NCBI GenBank assembly: GCA_965203725.1
Contig: CBDBDH010000002.1
Coordinates: 10,386-74,385 of the forward strand
Source: Gammaproteobacteria bacterium
GTDB lineage: Bacteria; Pseudomonadota; Gammaproteobacteria; UBA4575
Length of the DNA stretch: 64,000 bases
Direction: 5' to 3'
Part shown: piece by piece, positions 1 to 11,152 of the stretch
How the letters are laid out: each line of letters opens with the position of its first letter
Position numbering within the stretch: position 1 is the stretch's first letter
Program-made: the position numbers and the translations under genes
Notes under the pieces: model-generated
The model's database searches: none
Told to the model about the DNA's origin: nothing
Seen by the model: the letters and a program-made list of their open reading frames with translations, nothing else

Positions 1-1617
1 GTCCATGACCTGTCGCTTGGTGCGCGCAAACACCAGGCGCACGTCCAGGGCCACCAGGCGCAGCGACAGCTGGTGCAGCATGTCCTCCCCGGTGGCATCG
101 ATGTCCGTGATGGCCTCCGCATCGATAATGATGAACTTCAGTTCCGGTTTGGACGCCACGCGCTCCAGGACCTTGGCCTCGAAGTACATCGCACTGGCAA
201 AGAACAACGGTCCCTCGAAGCGCAGCACGGAGATCTTGGGACAGGTCTTGAGAATGTTGGCCTGTGCATCGCGCAGGGTGCCGTCGGAATGGCGGGACAG
301 CACGGAAATGTGCGGATGCATGGTGCGGTACATGAAAAGGCCGAGCGACAGCACCACGCCGATAAAGATGCTTTGTTCAAGATGCGGGGCCAGGGCTAGG
401 GTCAGCACGAACGTCAAAATCGCGATGACGCCGTCGTGGGTATGTACGCGCAGCGCGTACTTGATCTGTTTGATGCGGATCAGGTTGATCACGGCCGAGA
501 TGATCACGGCCGCCAGGGTGGCCTGGGGCAGGTAGTACAGGTACTGGGCGAAATGCAAAAGAATCAGTGAGATTGCCACGATGATTCCGGTGACGATGGC
601 GGCAAACCCGGTTTTGGCACCTGCGGACATGTTGACGGCCGAGCGCGAAAAGGACCCGGCCACCGGGTAGGCGCCCGACAGGCCCGAGATGATGTTTCCC
701 AGGCCCTGTCCGACCAGGCCCTGGTTGGCGTCGATGCGCTGGCGGGTCTGCACGGCGATGGCCTTGGCGATGGAGATGGCTTCCATGTATCCGACCACGG
801 CGATGACGATGGCCTTGCCAATCAGGCTGGCGGTAGTGGCCAGGTCCACATTCGGGATGGAGAGCACCGGCAGGCCGGCCGGCACGTGCCCCACGACTTT
901 TCCGCCGAGACCCTCATAGCCAACCAGCAGGGAAATGATACTGGTCACGATCACGGCGATCAGCACGCTGGGAACTTTCGGGGCGTAGTGCCGGAGCCCG
1001 AAAATGATGACCAGCGCCAGGATGCCCATCGCAAGCGTCGGGAAGTGAGTGTGCTGGGCGGCCTCGACCAGCACATTCCAGATCGTAATGAAGAAATGAT
1101 CACTCGTTTCCGCGGTCACACCAAAGAGCTTGGACAGCTGGGAGGTCGCAATGATGATTGCCGCCGCATTGGTGAAGCCCACGACCACCGGATGTGACAG
1201 GAAATCCACCAGCACCCCGAGCCGCAACAGGCCGAGCGACATCTGGAACACCCCGACCAGGATGGCCAGGATGGCCGCATACACCACAAACCCCTCGGGG
1301 TTGGCCGCAGCCAGGGGTTCGAGCGCGGCTGCAGTCATCAGCGAGACCACGGCCACCGGTCCGGTCTGCAACTGCCGCGAGGAACCGAAGGTCGACGCCA
1401 CGATCACCGGCAGGAAGGAGGCATACAGGCCGTAGTAGGGAGGCAGTCCGGCAAGCTGTGCATAGGCCATGGACTGCGGGATCAGAACCAGTGCCACCGT
1501 AAGCCCGGCCACACAGTCTTTCCAGACGACCGCCGGGTCCTTGAGTTCCTGGATCCAGTTCAGGTAGGGGACAAACCGACTGATGAACTCGTGTGTATAT
1601 TGCTGTGCTGTGATCAA
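1..1617 (-). CDS. SulP/SLC26 family anion transporter with C-terminal STAS domain (3' end runs off the window)
   Basis: Absent from the ORF track because there is no stop in the window. Manual translation of the N-terminus gives FVPYLNWIQELKDPAVVWKDCVAGLTVALVLIPQSMAYAQLAGLPPYYGLYA (SulP signature); STAS-like LVFARTKRQVMD at the window edge in the same frame; GGAGG 5 nt upstream of TTG at 1617. Confidence 0.9.
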   Translation of the reverse strand, partial: MITAQQYTHEFISRFVPYLNWIQELKDPAVVWKDCVAGLTVALVLIPQSMAYAQLAGLPPYYGLYASFLPVIVASTFGSSRQLQTGPVAVVSLMTAAALEPLAAANPEGFVVYAAILAILVGVFQMSLGLLRLGVLVDFLSHPVVVGFTNAAAIIIATSQLSKLFGVTAETSDHFFITIWNVLVEAAQHTHFPTLAMGILALVIIFGLRHYAPKVPSVLIAVIVTSIISLLVGYEGLGGKVVGHVPAGLPVLSIPNVDLATTASLIGKAIVIAVVGYMEAISIAKAIAVQTRQRIDANQGLVGQGLGNIISGLSGAYPVAGSFSRSAVNMSAGAKTGFAAIVTGIIVAISLILLHFAQYLYYLPQATLAAVIISAVINLIRIKQIKYALRVHTHDGVIAILTFVLTLALAPHLEQSIFIGVVLSLGLFMYRTMHPHISVLSRHSDGTLRDAQANILKTCPKISVLRFEGPLFFASAMYFEAKVLERVASKPELKFIIIDAEAITDIDATGEDMLHQLSLRLVALDVRLVFARTKRQVMD

Positions 1618-2128
1618 CAAAACCTCCCAGTCACACTGGTCTATCCCTTCGTGCCCTGCTTACTGGGCCTGCGGCCGTGGGTGTTTTGCCTTGAAACCGC
1701 ATCACGGGCACGCGTCTGTTCCACTTATTGCATGCAGTTGTTCGATTCCCTGAACAAGATGGCCTCAGGCATTGATGCGCTTATTGGCAATCCGCGGGGC
1801 TGTCAGGATTCCCCTCGCTACGGCAGGTCATTGATTTCGTCTTGCATCTGGAAATCAGCATTCTGAATTATACGAAAATATGAGTGTGAAAGTTAAGCAA
1901 TCAGCAGAACCGGTTCGATGCAAAGGCATGACGCTGTGGTTGTCCGCAGTATCGTACATTTCGTGATACTCTCTTACGGTAACTTCTGGCTTTGAAGCTT
2001 GTGAGGGAGGATCCGCTACAAAGTGCTCACATGTACCCGCCTGATGAGTTCATTGACAATTATCCGAAAGGCGCCATCTGATTCTTTCTGGTTGGCTTGT
2101 TCACGTTTTTCCCCTATGTGTCTGGTCC

Positions 2129-3250
2129 ATGGCTGAGCCCTTTCATTTTGCGACTGCAGCAGGCCTTTCCCCGCGTGAGCTGGTCAATGACTGCCTGCGC
2201 CAGCTTGGCGACGTACGCGGCAAGTTCAAACTGGGATTCCTGTACGCCAGTGACAGTCTGTGTAACGACCTGGAGGATGTCGTCGGCCGGCTGAAGCAGG
2301 AAACCGGAATTCAGGACTGGGTAGGAACCGTAGGAGTCGGGCTTTGCAGCACCGGCTGCGAATACTATGACCAGGCGGCCCTGGTGATCATGCTGACAGA
2401 TTTCGAGGATCAGGAGTTTTCGATCATCGGCGCAGGCGACCTGGATGAGGAACAACTGCTTGAGCAGGTCACCAGCTACTGCAAGGAAGAATTGCCGCAT
2501 GTCGGGATCATTCATGGCGACCCCAGTAACCCGGCCACCCCCGGCCTGATCGACAAAATTTCCGAGGCCGTGCCCACGGCCTACCTGGTTGGCGGCCTGA
2601 CTTCCTCGAATTTCCAGAACCACCAGATTGCCAGGGACGTGGTCAACGGAAGCGTATCCGGCATCTTTTTCTCACCGCAGGTCAATACGGTCGTCGGCCA
2701 CACGCAGGGATGCACACCACTGGACATCCAGCATGTGATCACGAAAGCAGACCGCAACCTGTTGATCGAGCTGGACCACCGGCCCGCCCTGGACGTGTTC
2801 CGCGAGGATATCGGTGAGGTGCTGGCCAAGGACCTGCACAAAATCGCGGGCTATATTTTTGCCGGCCTGCCGATTGAATATTCGGATACGGGCGACTACC
2901 TGGTGCGCAACATCATCGGCATCGATGAGCAGGAGAAGGTCATCGCGGTGGGAGATTATCTTTATGAGGGCAGCAAGTTCATGGTATGCCGGCGTGACGG
3001 AAACAGTGCTCGCGAGGACATGTTGCGCATGCTGGGTGCCATGAAGTCACGCATGCAGGAGCGCCCGCGAGGCGGGGTATACTACACTTGCCTTGGCAGG
3101 GGCCGGTACCAGTTTGGCGAAAATTCCGAAGAACTCAAGATGATTCAAGACACCCTGGGAGATTTTCCGCTGGTTGGATTTTTTGCCAACGGCGAGATTT
3201 TTCACAATCGCCTGTACGGCTATACGGGTGTCCTGACACTCTTCACCTGA
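2129..3250 (+). CDS. FIST N/C domain signal-sensing protein
   Basis: 373 aa; FIST motifs LVGGLTS, QGCTPL, ELDHRPALD, YLVRNIIGID, CLGRG..FG, FPLVGFFANGEI. Confidence 0.85.
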   Translation: MAEPFHFATAAGLSPRELVNDCLRQLGDVRGKFKLGFLYASDSLCNDLEDVVGRLKQETGIQDWVGTVGVGLCSTGCEYYDQAALVIMLTDFEDQEFSIIGAGDLDEEQLLEQVTSYCKEELPHVGIIHGDPSNPATPGLIDKISEAVPTAYLVGGLTSSNFQNHQIARDVVNGSVSGIFFSPQVNTVVGHTQGCTPLDIQHVITKADRNLLIELDHRPALDVFREDIGEVLAKDLHKIAGYIFAGLPIEYSDTGDYLVRNIIGIDEQEKVIAVGDYLYEGSKFMVCRRDGNSAREDMLRMLGAMKSRMQERPRGGVYYTCLGRGRYQFGENSEELKMIQDTLGDFPLVGFFANGEIFHNRLYGYTGVLTLFT

Positions 3251-3257
3251 ATCGCAT

Positions 3258-4292
3258 ATGCAGTACGCACCCCTGGGCCAGTCCGAACTGAACGTCAGCC
3301 GGATCTGTCTGGGGACCATGACCTTCGGCGAGCAGAACACCGAGGCGGAAGCCCACGACCAGCTCGACTGTGCACTGTCCCACGGCGTCAATTTCATCGA
3401 TACCGCGGAGATGTACCCGGTGCCGTGCCGCGAGGAAACACAAGGCCGCACCGAGCAGTACATCGGCACGTGGCTCAAGAAAAGCGGCAGGCGCAACGAT
3501 GTCATCCTGGCTTCCAAGGTGGCCGGTCCGGGCATGATGGAGTATCTGCGCGACGGACCACAGCTGACTGCGGACCACATCGAGGCGGCCCTCGAGGCCA
3601 GCCTTGAGCGTTTGCAGACGGACTGCATCGACCTGTACCAGGTACACTGGCCGGCCAGAAACACCAATTTCTTCGGCAAGCTCGGCTATGAATCCGACCC
3701 TGCGGAGGCTGCGACGCCGATCGAGGAAACCTATGCCTGCCTCGCCAAGGCGGTGGAGCAGGGCAAGGTCCGGTATGTCGGGGTCAGCAATGAGACCCCG
3801 TGGGGCGTCATGCGGTACCAGGCGCTGGCCCGCATCCATGGCTGGCCCGGCGTGGTCAGCGTGCAGAATCCGTACAGCCTGCTGAACCGCACCTACGAAA
3901 TCGGTCTGGCCGAAATCTCCCATCGCGAAAGTATCGGATTGCTCGCCTACTCCCCGCTGGGATTCGGCGTGCTTTCAGGCAAGTACCTGGATGGCAAGGC
4001 GCCTGCCAATGCGCGCCTGACCCGCTATACCTACTTTGACCGCTACACCAGCGAGGTGGCGGTGCAGGCCACCCGGGCCTATGTGGAGCTGGCCCGCAAG
4101 AACGGCTATACGCCGGCCCAGATGGCGTTGGCTTTCGTCAATGCGCAACCGTTCGTTGCGTCCAACATCATCGGCGCCACCAGCCTGCAGCAACTCGAAG
4201 AGGACATCACCAGCATTGACCTGACCCTTTCAGATGAAGTGATGGAGGAAATCGAGCGGCTTCACAGCCGCCAGTCCAACCCCTGTCCATGA
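3258..4292 (+). CDS. tas: NADP(H)-dependent aldo-keto reductase, Tas-like
   Basis: ICLGTMTFGEQNTEAEAH, NFIDTAEMYPVP, DLYQVHWPARNTNFFG, GVSNETPWG, SVQNPYSLLNR. Confidence 0.92.
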   Translation: MQYAPLGQSELNVSRICLGTMTFGEQNTEAEAHDQLDCALSHGVNFIDTAEMYPVPCREETQGRTEQYIGTWLKKSGRRNDVILASKVAGPGMMEYLRDGPQLTADHIEAALEASLERLQTDCIDLYQVHWPARNTNFFGKLGYESDPAEAATPIEETYACLAKAVEQGKVRYVGVSNETPWGVMRYQALARIHGWPGVVSVQNPYSLLNRTYEIGLAEISHRESIGLLAYSPLGFGVLSGKYLDGKAPANARLTRYTYFDRYTSEVAVQATRAYVELARKNGYTPAQMALAFVNAQPFVASNIIGATSLQQLEEDITSIDLTLSDEVMEEIERLHSRQSNPCP

Positions 4293-4327
4293 GGCCTGCA
4301 TATCGGCCTGTCATGGCAGTCTGCCGT

Positions 4328-4873
4328 TCAGTCGGGGTCCCGGGCGAGCAGGTGATTCACAGCTTCCGCCAGGTCTTCGAAAACCAGCAGATTGCTCGGC
4401 AGCTGCTTGCTGCGTGACGTCACCGAGCCGTTGCCGGTCCGCACCAGAACGGGTTCCAGTCCGTAGGCCATGGCCGCCTGGATGTCACGCAGCGAATCAC
4501 CGATCATTGGCGCTTGCTTCAGCGACAGCCCGGAACGCAGCTCGATTTCAGCGAGCATCCCCGGGTTGGGCTTGCGGCATTCCCCCTTCAGGTGCGGACA
4601 GATGAAAATCCCGTCGATATGACCGCCGTAGCGGGCAAGCTCCGACAGCATTTTCCTGTGGACCTGATTCAGGATCTCGTAATCCAGCAGCTTGCGGGCG
4701 ATACCTGACTGGTTGGAGGCGATGAACACCTTGACCTTGGCGTGGTTCAGGCGGGTAATGGCCTCCAGGCTGCCTTCGATCGCGACCCATTCCTCGGGGG
4801 ACTTGATGAATTCATCCGAGTCTTCGTTGATGACCCCGTCACGGTCCAGCACAACGACTTTCGGTGTACTCAT
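4328..4873 (-). CDS. gmhB: D-glycero-D-manno-heptose 1,7-bisphosphate phosphatase (HAD family)
   Basis: LDRDGVIN, SNQSGIAR, CPH..CRKPNPGM, IGDSLRD; usual position after glyS. Confidence 0.93.
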   Translation of the reverse strand: MSTPKVVVLDRDGVINEDSDEFIKSPEEWVAIEGSLEAITRLNHAKVKVFIASNQSGIARKLLDYEILNQVHRKMLSELARYGGHIDGIFICPHLKGECRKPNPGMLAEIELRSGLSLKQAPMIGDSLRDIQAAMAYGLEPVLVRTGNGSVTSRSKQLPSNLLVFEDLAEAVNHLLARDPD

Positions 4874-4884
4874 CGCTGCGGGCC

Positions 4885-6960
4885 TCAGGATTGCAGCCGC
4901 GAGAAATCGGCCACGTGCATGAACAGGGTATCGATTCTTGCAAGCAGCGCAATGCGGTTGGTTTTGAGTTCTTCGTTATCGTCCATCACCATGACGTGAT
5001 CAAAGAACGAATCGATCGGCCGGCGCAGTTCGGCAAGCCTGTGCAATGCCTGCCCGTAATGACGTTGCTGGAAAAGAGCCTCGACATCACCGGACATGGC
5101 TTCGATGGCGGTGTACAGGGCAGTTTCCGCATCCTCCCTGAACAGCTTTTTTTGCACGATCCCCGGCGTGGCACTCCCTGATTTTTTCAGGATGTTGCGG
5201 ATGCGCTTGTTTGCCGCAGCCAAACGCCCGGCATCCTCCAGGGTTCGAAAGCGGGACACGGCATCAATGCGCATCGCGATGTCGCAGGGGCTGACCGGGC
5301 GGTTCTTGAGCACGGCATCGATGACATCGTGCGCCACGTTGCGCGCGGAGAAGTACGCATACAGGCGCTTGGTCATGTATTCGTGCACTTCACCGGCAAC
5401 GGCATCGGTGTCCAGCTTTTTCGCAAACAGGCCGGCGGCCTGTTTCAGGGCTGAAGGCAAATCGATGTCGAGTTCCGTTTCAACCAGGATTCGCAGTACA
5501 CCAAGCGCTGCACGCCGCAAGCCATACGGATCTTTCAGACCGGTTGGTTTTTTGCCGATTGCAAAGATACCCACCAGGGTGTCCAGCTTGTCGGCAATGG
5601 CAAGTGCCTGGCCCGGCGCACTCTCCGGCAACTCCCCGCCTGCCTGGCGTGGCAGATACTGTTCCCCGATAGCCTGGGCAACGGCAGGCACTTCTTTGTC
5701 ATGCAAGGCCAGGTGGCGCCCGGCGATGCCCTGCAATTCGGGAAGTTCGGTGACGATCTCGGTCAGCAGATCGCACTTGCTGAGCCGGGCGGCGCGCCGG
5801 CATGCCTTCAGGTTGGCACCGAGTTCTTTGCCGATGGTCTCGGCCAGCTTGTGGATGCGCAGGGTCTTGTCATGCAGGCTGCCGAGCTCTTTCTCGAAGA
5901 CCACGCCTTTCAGGGCCTCCAGCCGCGATTCCAGCGACCGGGCGAGATCACGCCGCCAGAAAAAGCTGGCATCTTCAAAGCGCGGCACGATCACTTTCTC
6001 ATTTCCCCGACGGACTTGCTCCGGGGCCGTGCTGTCGATATTGCTGAGCATGATGAATCTCGGCAGCAATGTTCCTGCCTGATCGACCAGGGGGATGTAC
6101 TTCTGTTTGTCCTGCATGGTGATGACCAGCACTTCCCGGGGCATCTCGAGAAAGCGCGGGTCGAACTCGCCGAGCAGGGCCTGCGGCCATTCCACCAGTC
6201 CGGTGATCTCGTCCAGCAGGGTCTGCGTGTAGACCGGTTCAGCCCTGGCACGGGCTGCGAGTGCACCGACCTGCTTGAGAATTTCCTCCTGGCGTGCTGC
6301 AAAATCGGCAAGCACGTGCCCTTCGGTTTCCAGCAGCCCGCAGTAGTGCGAAGGTTGCGGGATCCTGATCGCCTTCGGGCTGTGAAACCGGTGCCCGTAG
6401 GTGATGCCGCCACTGGCCAGGCCAAATGCACGGGCCGATACGGTTTCGCTGCCGTACAGAACCGTCAGCCAGCGTACCGGGCGAATGAACTCGTCCTCAC
6501 CCGCATTCCAGCGCATGCGCTTGCGAACCGTCAGCTTGCCGAACACGGCCTCCAGCAACTCGGGCAACAGTGCCTGGGTCTCGAGGCCGGCCTGCTGCTC
6601 GCGGAATACGAGCCTGGCTTCACCGGAGTTCGATTCGACCTGCAGTTGATCCACTTCGATGTTACAGGAGCGTGCGAAACCGGTGGCCGCCGCCGTCGGG
6701 TCACCCGCGTCATCGAAAGCGATGGCTTTGGCCGGTCCCCAGCGCTCGATGGCCCGGTCCGGCTGTCGGGCATCCAGTTGCGCCACGACCACGGCCAGGC
6801 GCCGCGGGGTGCAGAATACCCGGTGTTCGCCGTAGCCCAGTTCCGCCCCGGCCAGCTGTTCACAGAGGACTTCACCCAGTTCGGCCGCTTGTGCCAGCAA
6901 GAACCGCGCGGGCAGGTCTTCCGTGCCAAGCTCGACCAGCAGGTCCTTCCTGCGGGTCAT
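4885..6960 (-). CDS. glyS: Glycine--tRNA ligase beta subunit
   Basis: [47 protein letters not shown]; 4-bp overlap with glyQ. Confidence 0.97.
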   Translation of the reverse strand: MTRRKDLLVELGTEDLPARFLLAQAAELGEVLCEQLAGAELGYGEHRVFCTPRRLAVVVAQLDARQPDRAIERWGPAKAIAFDDAGDPTAAATGFARSCNIEVDQLQVESNSGEARLVFREQQAGLETQALLPELLEAVFGKLTVRKRMRWNAGEDEFIRPVRWLTVLYGSETVSARAFGLASGGITYGHRFHSPKAIRIPQPSHYCGLLETEGHVLADFAARQEEILKQVGALAARARAEPVYTQTLLDEITGLVEWPQALLGEFDPRFLEMPREVLVITMQDKQKYIPLVDQAGTLLPRFIMLSNIDSTAPEQVRRGNEKVIVPRFEDASFFWRRDLARSLESRLEALKGVVFEKELGSLHDKTLRIHKLAETIGKELGANLKACRRAARLSKCDLLTEIVTELPELQGIAGRHLALHDKEVPAVAQAIGEQYLPRQAGGELPESAPGQALAIADKLDTLVGIFAIGKKPTGLKDPYGLRRAALGVLRILVETELDIDLPSALKQAAGLFAKKLDTDAVAGEVHEYMTKRLYAYFSARNVAHDVIDAVLKNRPVSPCDIAMRIDAVSRFRTLEDAGRLAAANKRIRNILKKSGSATPGIVQKKLFREDAETALYTAIEAMSGDVEALFQQRHYGQALHRLAELRRPIDSFFDHVMVMDDNEELKTNRIALLARIDTLFMHVADFSRLQS

Positions 6961-7865
6961 GATGCGGAAGGTTCCAGCAGCGGGAAGCCCATTTTTTCGC
7001 GACGTGCAAGATAAGCCGAGGCCACCGCCTGTGCCAGTTTGCGTATGCGCAGAATGTACTGCTGGCGCTCAGTCGCGGAGATGACCTGGCGGGCGTCCAG
7101 AAGATTGAAGGTATGCGAGCATTTCAGGACCTGGTCATAGGCCGCCAAGGGCAGCTCAAGCTCGATCAGCTTGCGGCACTCCTGCTCACAGGACTCGAAT
7201 GTCCGGAACAGCAGGTCGGCGTCGGCATGTTCAAAATTGAAAGCGGACTGTTCGGCCTCGTTCTGGTGGTAGATGTCCCCGTAGCGGATGGTGCGCTCCC
7301 CGCTTCGGGTCCAGACCAGGTCGTACACGCTGCTCACGTTTTGCAGGTACATGGCGATGCGTTCGACCCCGTAGGTGATTTCCCCGGTGACGGGCCGGCA
7401 ATCCTGCCCCCCGACCTGCTGAAAGTAGGTGAACTGCGAAACCTCCATGCCGTCCAGCCAGACTTCCCAGCCCAGCCCCCAGGCCCCGAGGGTGGGAGAT
7501 TCCCAGTCGTCCTCCACAAACCGGATGTCATGGACCAGCGGGTCAATGCCGAGGGCGCCCAGCGACTGCAGATACAGGTCCTGGATGGCGTCCGGCGCCG
7601 GTTTCAGCACCACCTGGAACTGGAAGTAACGCTGTAGCCGATTCGGGTTGTCCCCGTAACGCCCGTCGGTCGGGCGCCGGCAGGGCTGGACATGGGCCGC
7701 GCGCCAGGGTTCAGGACCTATGGCTCGCAGGAACGTGCCGGGATGAAAGGAGCCTGCCCCCATTTCCATGTCGTAGGGTTGCTCAAGAACACAGCCCTGG
7801 GTGCTCCAGAACCGTTCCAGGTCAGCAATCAGGTCCTGTAGCGATGTGGTGTTGGGTGGCGGCAT
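6957..7865 (-). CDS. glyQ: Glycine--tRNA ligase alpha subunit
   Basis: [47 protein letters not shown]. Start placed at ATG 7865 (302 aa); the longer track ORF extends into the glnA regulatory region. Confidence 0.96.
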   Translation of the reverse strand: MPPPNTTSLQDLIADLERFWSTQGCVLEQPYDMEMGAGSFHPGTFLRAIGPEPWRAAHVQPCRRPTDGRYGDNPNRLQRYFQFQVVLKPAPDAIQDLYLQSLGALGIDPLVHDIRFVEDDWESPTLGAWGLGWEVWLDGMEVSQFTYFQQVGGQDCRPVTGEITYGVERIAMYLQNVSSVYDLVWTRSGERTIRYGDIYHQNEAEQSAFNFEHADADLLFRTFESCEQECRKLIELELPLAAYDQVLKCSHTFNLLDARQVISATERQQYILRIRKLAQAVASAYLARREKMGFPLLEPSAS

Positions 7866-8115
7866 GGTCTCGGGCAGGTGCAGTGCAGGATGAGTATACT
7901 TGCTGCATCCGGCAATTCCGAGCCGCATGTCCAGGGAGTGCAGTGCCTGGCTGCGGCCAGGATTCTCTCCCTCGCGAACCCCTGTGTGGCTCTTCGCAAC
8001 GTGTTGAGCCTTTGCACTGGTACGGCCAGCCGGGCGTCTCGCTTTTCGGCCGGTCGCATGTGAGGCAGGGAGGTTCAGCGTCCGGAAATCGGGAACGGGC
8101 CGCTCTTCGGTAATT

Positions 8116-8153
8116 TGCACCTTTTTGGTGTGTTACCGCATCAAAATGGTGCA
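8116..8153. promoter_or_regulatory. Tandem NtrC enhancer sites upstream of glnA
   Basis: TGCACCTTTTTGGTGTG (8116-8132) and CGCATCAAAATGGTGCA (8137-8153) match TGCAC-N7-GTGCA, about 100 bp upstream of the sigma54 promoter. Confidence 0.85.
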
Positions 8154-8237
8154 AATCTGGGCGAACCTCGCACTGCCTATTGCTGAAAACCTGCGTATAA
8201 TGGCGCACTGGCTTCGTTGGAGTGCAGATCCGGTGCG

Positions 8238-8254
8238 TTGGCACATATCGTGCT
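8238..8254 (+). promoter_or_regulatory. sigma54 (-24/-12) promoter of glnA
   Basis: TTGGCACATATCGTGCT with exact GG-N10-GC spacing (GG 8240-41, GC 8252-53). Confidence 0.88.
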
Positions 8255-8351
8255 TCAATCTACGCATGACGCTGATCGTGTGTAGCCAACCATAGCCGCC
8301 AATCGCGATCAGAAAAACAAAATTTCGAGTTCGTAAGCTAAGGAGGAACTC

Positions 8352-9761
8352 ATGTCCGCAAGCGATGTTATCAAAATGATGAAGGATAACGATGTCCAGT
8401 TCGTCGATTTACGGTTCACCGACACCCGGGGAAAGGAACAGCATGTCTCCATCCCGGCGTCCGTGGTGGATGAAGATTTTTTTGAGAATGGCAAGATGTT
8501 CGACGGTTCGTCCATTTCCGGATGGAAAGGCATCAATGAGTCGGACATGGTGCTGATGCCGGACGTGGGCACCGAGGTGATCGACCCGTTTTACAATGAC
8601 ACGACCCTGAGCCTGCGCTGCGATGTCCTCGAGCCATCCACGATGGAAGGCTACGTCCGTGATCCGAGGTCGGCCGCCAAGCGCGCCGAGGCCTATCTGC
8701 GTTCCACGGGCATTGCCGACACCGCCTACTTCGGGCCCGAACCCGAGTTTTTCGTCTTTGATGACGTGAAGTGGGCCAACGAAATGTCGGGAGCCTCGTA
8801 TTCCGTCGATTCCGAGGAGTCGGCATGGAACTCGAACAAGGGCTACGAGGAGGGCAACATCGGTCATCGCCCGGGCGTGAAGGGCGGTTATTTCCCGGTG
8901 CCGCCTGTGGACTCGCTGCAGGATGTGCGCTCTGCCATGTGCCAGGTGCTCACACAGATGGGGGTGATGGTCGAGGTCCATCACCACGAGGTCGGCACGG
9001 CCGGACAATGCGAAATCGGCACGCGGTTCAATACCCTCACCGTGCGTGCGGACTGGAACCAGATCCTGAAATACGTGGTCATGAACGTGGCCCATAACTA
9101 CGGTAAAACCGCGACCTTCATGCCCAAGCCGCTTGTCGGTGACAACGGCAGCGGCATGCACGTGCACCAGTCCCTGTTCAAGGATGGCGACAACCTGTTT
9201 ACGGGCGACATGTACGGCGGCATGTCGCAAACGGCGTTTTACTACATCGGCGGCATCATCAAGCACGCGCGCGCGATCAATGCGTTTTCAAATGCCACCA
9301 CGAACAGCTACAAGCGCCTGGTGCCGGGCTTTGAGGCACCCGTGATGCTCGCCTACTCGGCCCGCAACCGTTCGGCGTCGATCCGGATTCCCCATGAAGC
9401 CAATGCCAAGGCGAGACGCATCGAGGTGCGCTTCCCGGATTCAGCGGGCAATCCGTACCTGACGTACGCGGCGATGCTGCTGGCCGGAATTGACGGGATC
9501 CAGAACCAGATCGATCCGGGTGCCCCGATCGACAAGGACCTGTATGACCTGCCGCCCGAAGAGGAAGCCAACATCCCGACGGTGTGCGCTTCCCTGGACC
9601 AGGCCCTGGAGGCCCTGGACGGCGACCGGGAGTTCCTCAAGGCGGGGGGTGCATTCTCCGATGACCTGATCGATGGCTACATCGGGCTGAAGATGGAAGA
9701 GGTGACGGCCCTTCGCATGTCCACCCATCCGATCGAGTTCGACATGTACTACAGCTGCTAG
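8352..9761 (+). CDS. glnA: Glutamine synthetase type I
   Basis: [53 protein letters not shown], adenylylation motif DLYDLPPEE; AGGAGG RBS. Confidence 0.99.
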   Translation: MSASDVIKMMKDNDVQFVDLRFTDTRGKEQHVSIPASVVDEDFFENGKMFDGSSISGWKGINESDMVLMPDVGTEVIDPFYNDTTLSLRCDVLEPSTMEGYVRDPRSAAKRAEAYLRSTGIADTAYFGPEPEFFVFDDVKWANEMSGASYSVDSEESAWNSNKGYEEGNIGHRPGVKGGYFPVPPVDSLQDVRSAMCQVLTQMGVMVEVHHHEVGTAGQCEIGTRFNTLTVRADWNQILKYVVMNVAHNYGKTATFMPKPLVGDNGSGMHVHQSLFKDGDNLFTGDMYGGMSQTAFYYIGGIIKHARAINAFSNATTNSYKRLVPGFEAPVMLAYSARNRSASIRIPHEANAKARRIEVRFPDSAGNPYLTYAAMLLAGIDGIQNQIDPGAPIDKDLYDLPPEEEANIPTVCASLDQALEALDGDREFLKAGGAFSDDLIDGYIGLKMEEVTALRMSTHPIEFDMYYSC

Positions 9762-9784
9762 CAGTCCATCCCCGGACCTCGCTG

Positions 9785-9814
9785 AAAACGCCCCTTTATG
9801 GGGCGTTTTTTGTT
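9785..9814 (+). terminator. Rho-independent terminator after glnA
   Basis: AAAACGCCCC-TTTAT-GGGGCGTTTT followed by TTGTT. Confidence 0.85.
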
Positions 9815-9916
9815 GGGGCCGCCGGGGCTTGGCCTGCCTGACGGCACCTGACCTTGATGCCGTTTCCAATACCGGGGTGCTCTTTGGCCCGCAGGAGCGT
9901 ATCATCCAGACAGTTT

Positions 9917-9933
9917 TGCACTTATTTGGTGCA
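9917..9933. promoter_or_regulatory. NtrC site upstream of ntrB (likely autoregulatory)
   Basis: TGCACTTATTTGGTGCA, near-perfect NtrC consensus in the glnA-ntrB spacer as at enteric glnLp. Confidence 0.85.
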
Positions 9934-10073
9934 AATTTGTACAGGATGGCCTGTCCAGGTCCGTGAAATCCGCAGCCCACGGGGTTGGACTGAAAATTGC
10001 ACGGTATTGAAGGACGGTCCGCCCTTTCGCGAATGCATCGGGCAGGTGCTGAACATCAAGCCGCGTACATGCC

Positions 10074-11126
10074 ATGGATATACAGGGAATCATTGAAAAT
10101 CTGACGGTGGCGATCGTCCTGGTCGATCAGGACCTGCGCGTCCGCTATCTCAATCCCGCCGGAGAGGAGTGTCTGGGCACAGGAGTACGGCATGCGCTTG
10201 GTCGGCCGCTGACCGGTTTCATCCAGGATGCCGGCGGCGATTTCATCGCACACATCCGGCGTTCCATCGCGACCGGCAACCCGGTGACCGAGCATGAAGT
10301 CAGCGTGCGCCGCCTGGGTGCGGACGAGATCACCATCAATTGCGTCATCACGCCGCTGGCCGCGGGTGACGCCACGGAGTGCTTGCTCGAGATCACCTGT
10401 ATCGATCATCTGATCCGGATCTCCAGGGAAGAACATCTGCTGTCCGAGAATCTGGCTACCCGGAACATGCTGCGTGGTCTGGCCCATGAAATCAAGAATC
10501 CGCTGGGAGGGCTGCGCGGTGCGGCACAGTTGCTTGCCAAAGAGCTGGGCGATGAACGACTGCAGATGTATACGGACGTCATCATCGGCGAGGCCGACCG
10601 CTTGCGCAAACTGGTCGACAGCATGTTCGAGCCCAAGGTCACGCCCGAGAAACAGGAGCTGAATGTCCATAACGTGCTTGAGCATGTCCGGCGTCTTGCA
10701 ATCGCGGAGCTCTCGGACGACATCGTCATCAAGACGGATTACGACCCCAGCATCCCGCCGTTGTATGCGGACTACGACCTGCTCGTTCAGGCGGTATTGA
10801 ACATCGTTGGAAATGCCGTCCGTGCCGTGGAGGCGCAGGGCGAGGTCAACCTCAAGACCCGGGTGTTGCGGCAAATCACAATCGGTGAGACCTGCCACCG
10901 CTTGGTCGTCCTGATCAGTGTGACGGATAACGGTTGCGGTATTCCCGAAGACCTGAAACCGCAGATCTTTTTTCCGATGATCTCGGGCAGTGCCGAGGGG
11001 ACCGGCCTGGGTCTGCCGCTTGCACAAAGTCTGGTGCATCTGCACGGGGGCCTGATCGAGTTTGAATCCGATCCCGGCCTGACGGAGTTCCGGATTTTAC
11101 TGCCGTTGAACGGCACCGGATATTAA
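10074..11126 (+). CDS. ntrB: Nitrogen regulation sensor kinase NtrB
   Basis: N-terminal PAS; H-box RGLAHEIKNPLGGLRGAAQLL; DNGCGIP, GTGLGL. Confidence 0.96.
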   Translation: MDIQGIIENLTVAIVLVDQDLRVRYLNPAGEECLGTGVRHALGRPLTGFIQDAGGDFIAHIRRSIATGNPVTEHEVSVRRLGADEITINCVITPLAAGDATECLLEITCIDHLIRISREEHLLSENLATRNMLRGLAHEIKNPLGGLRGAAQLLAKELGDERLQMYTDVIIGEADRLRKLVDSMFEPKVTPEKQELNVHNVLEHVRRLAIAELSDDIVIKTDYDPSIPPLYADYDLLVQAVLNIVGNAVRAVEAQGEVNLKTRVLRQITIGETCHRLVVLISVTDNGCGIPEDLKPQIFFPMISGSAEGTGLGLPLAQSLVHLHGGLIEFESDPGLTEFRILLPLNGTGY

Positions 11127-11152
11127 ATGCCAAACCATTAGGAAGAGATGCC

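Noticed and set aside
7866-8120. 85-aa N-terminal extension of GlyQ in the ORF track
   Set aside because: No homology before MPPPNTTS and it runs into the glnA NtrC sites; treated as intergenic.
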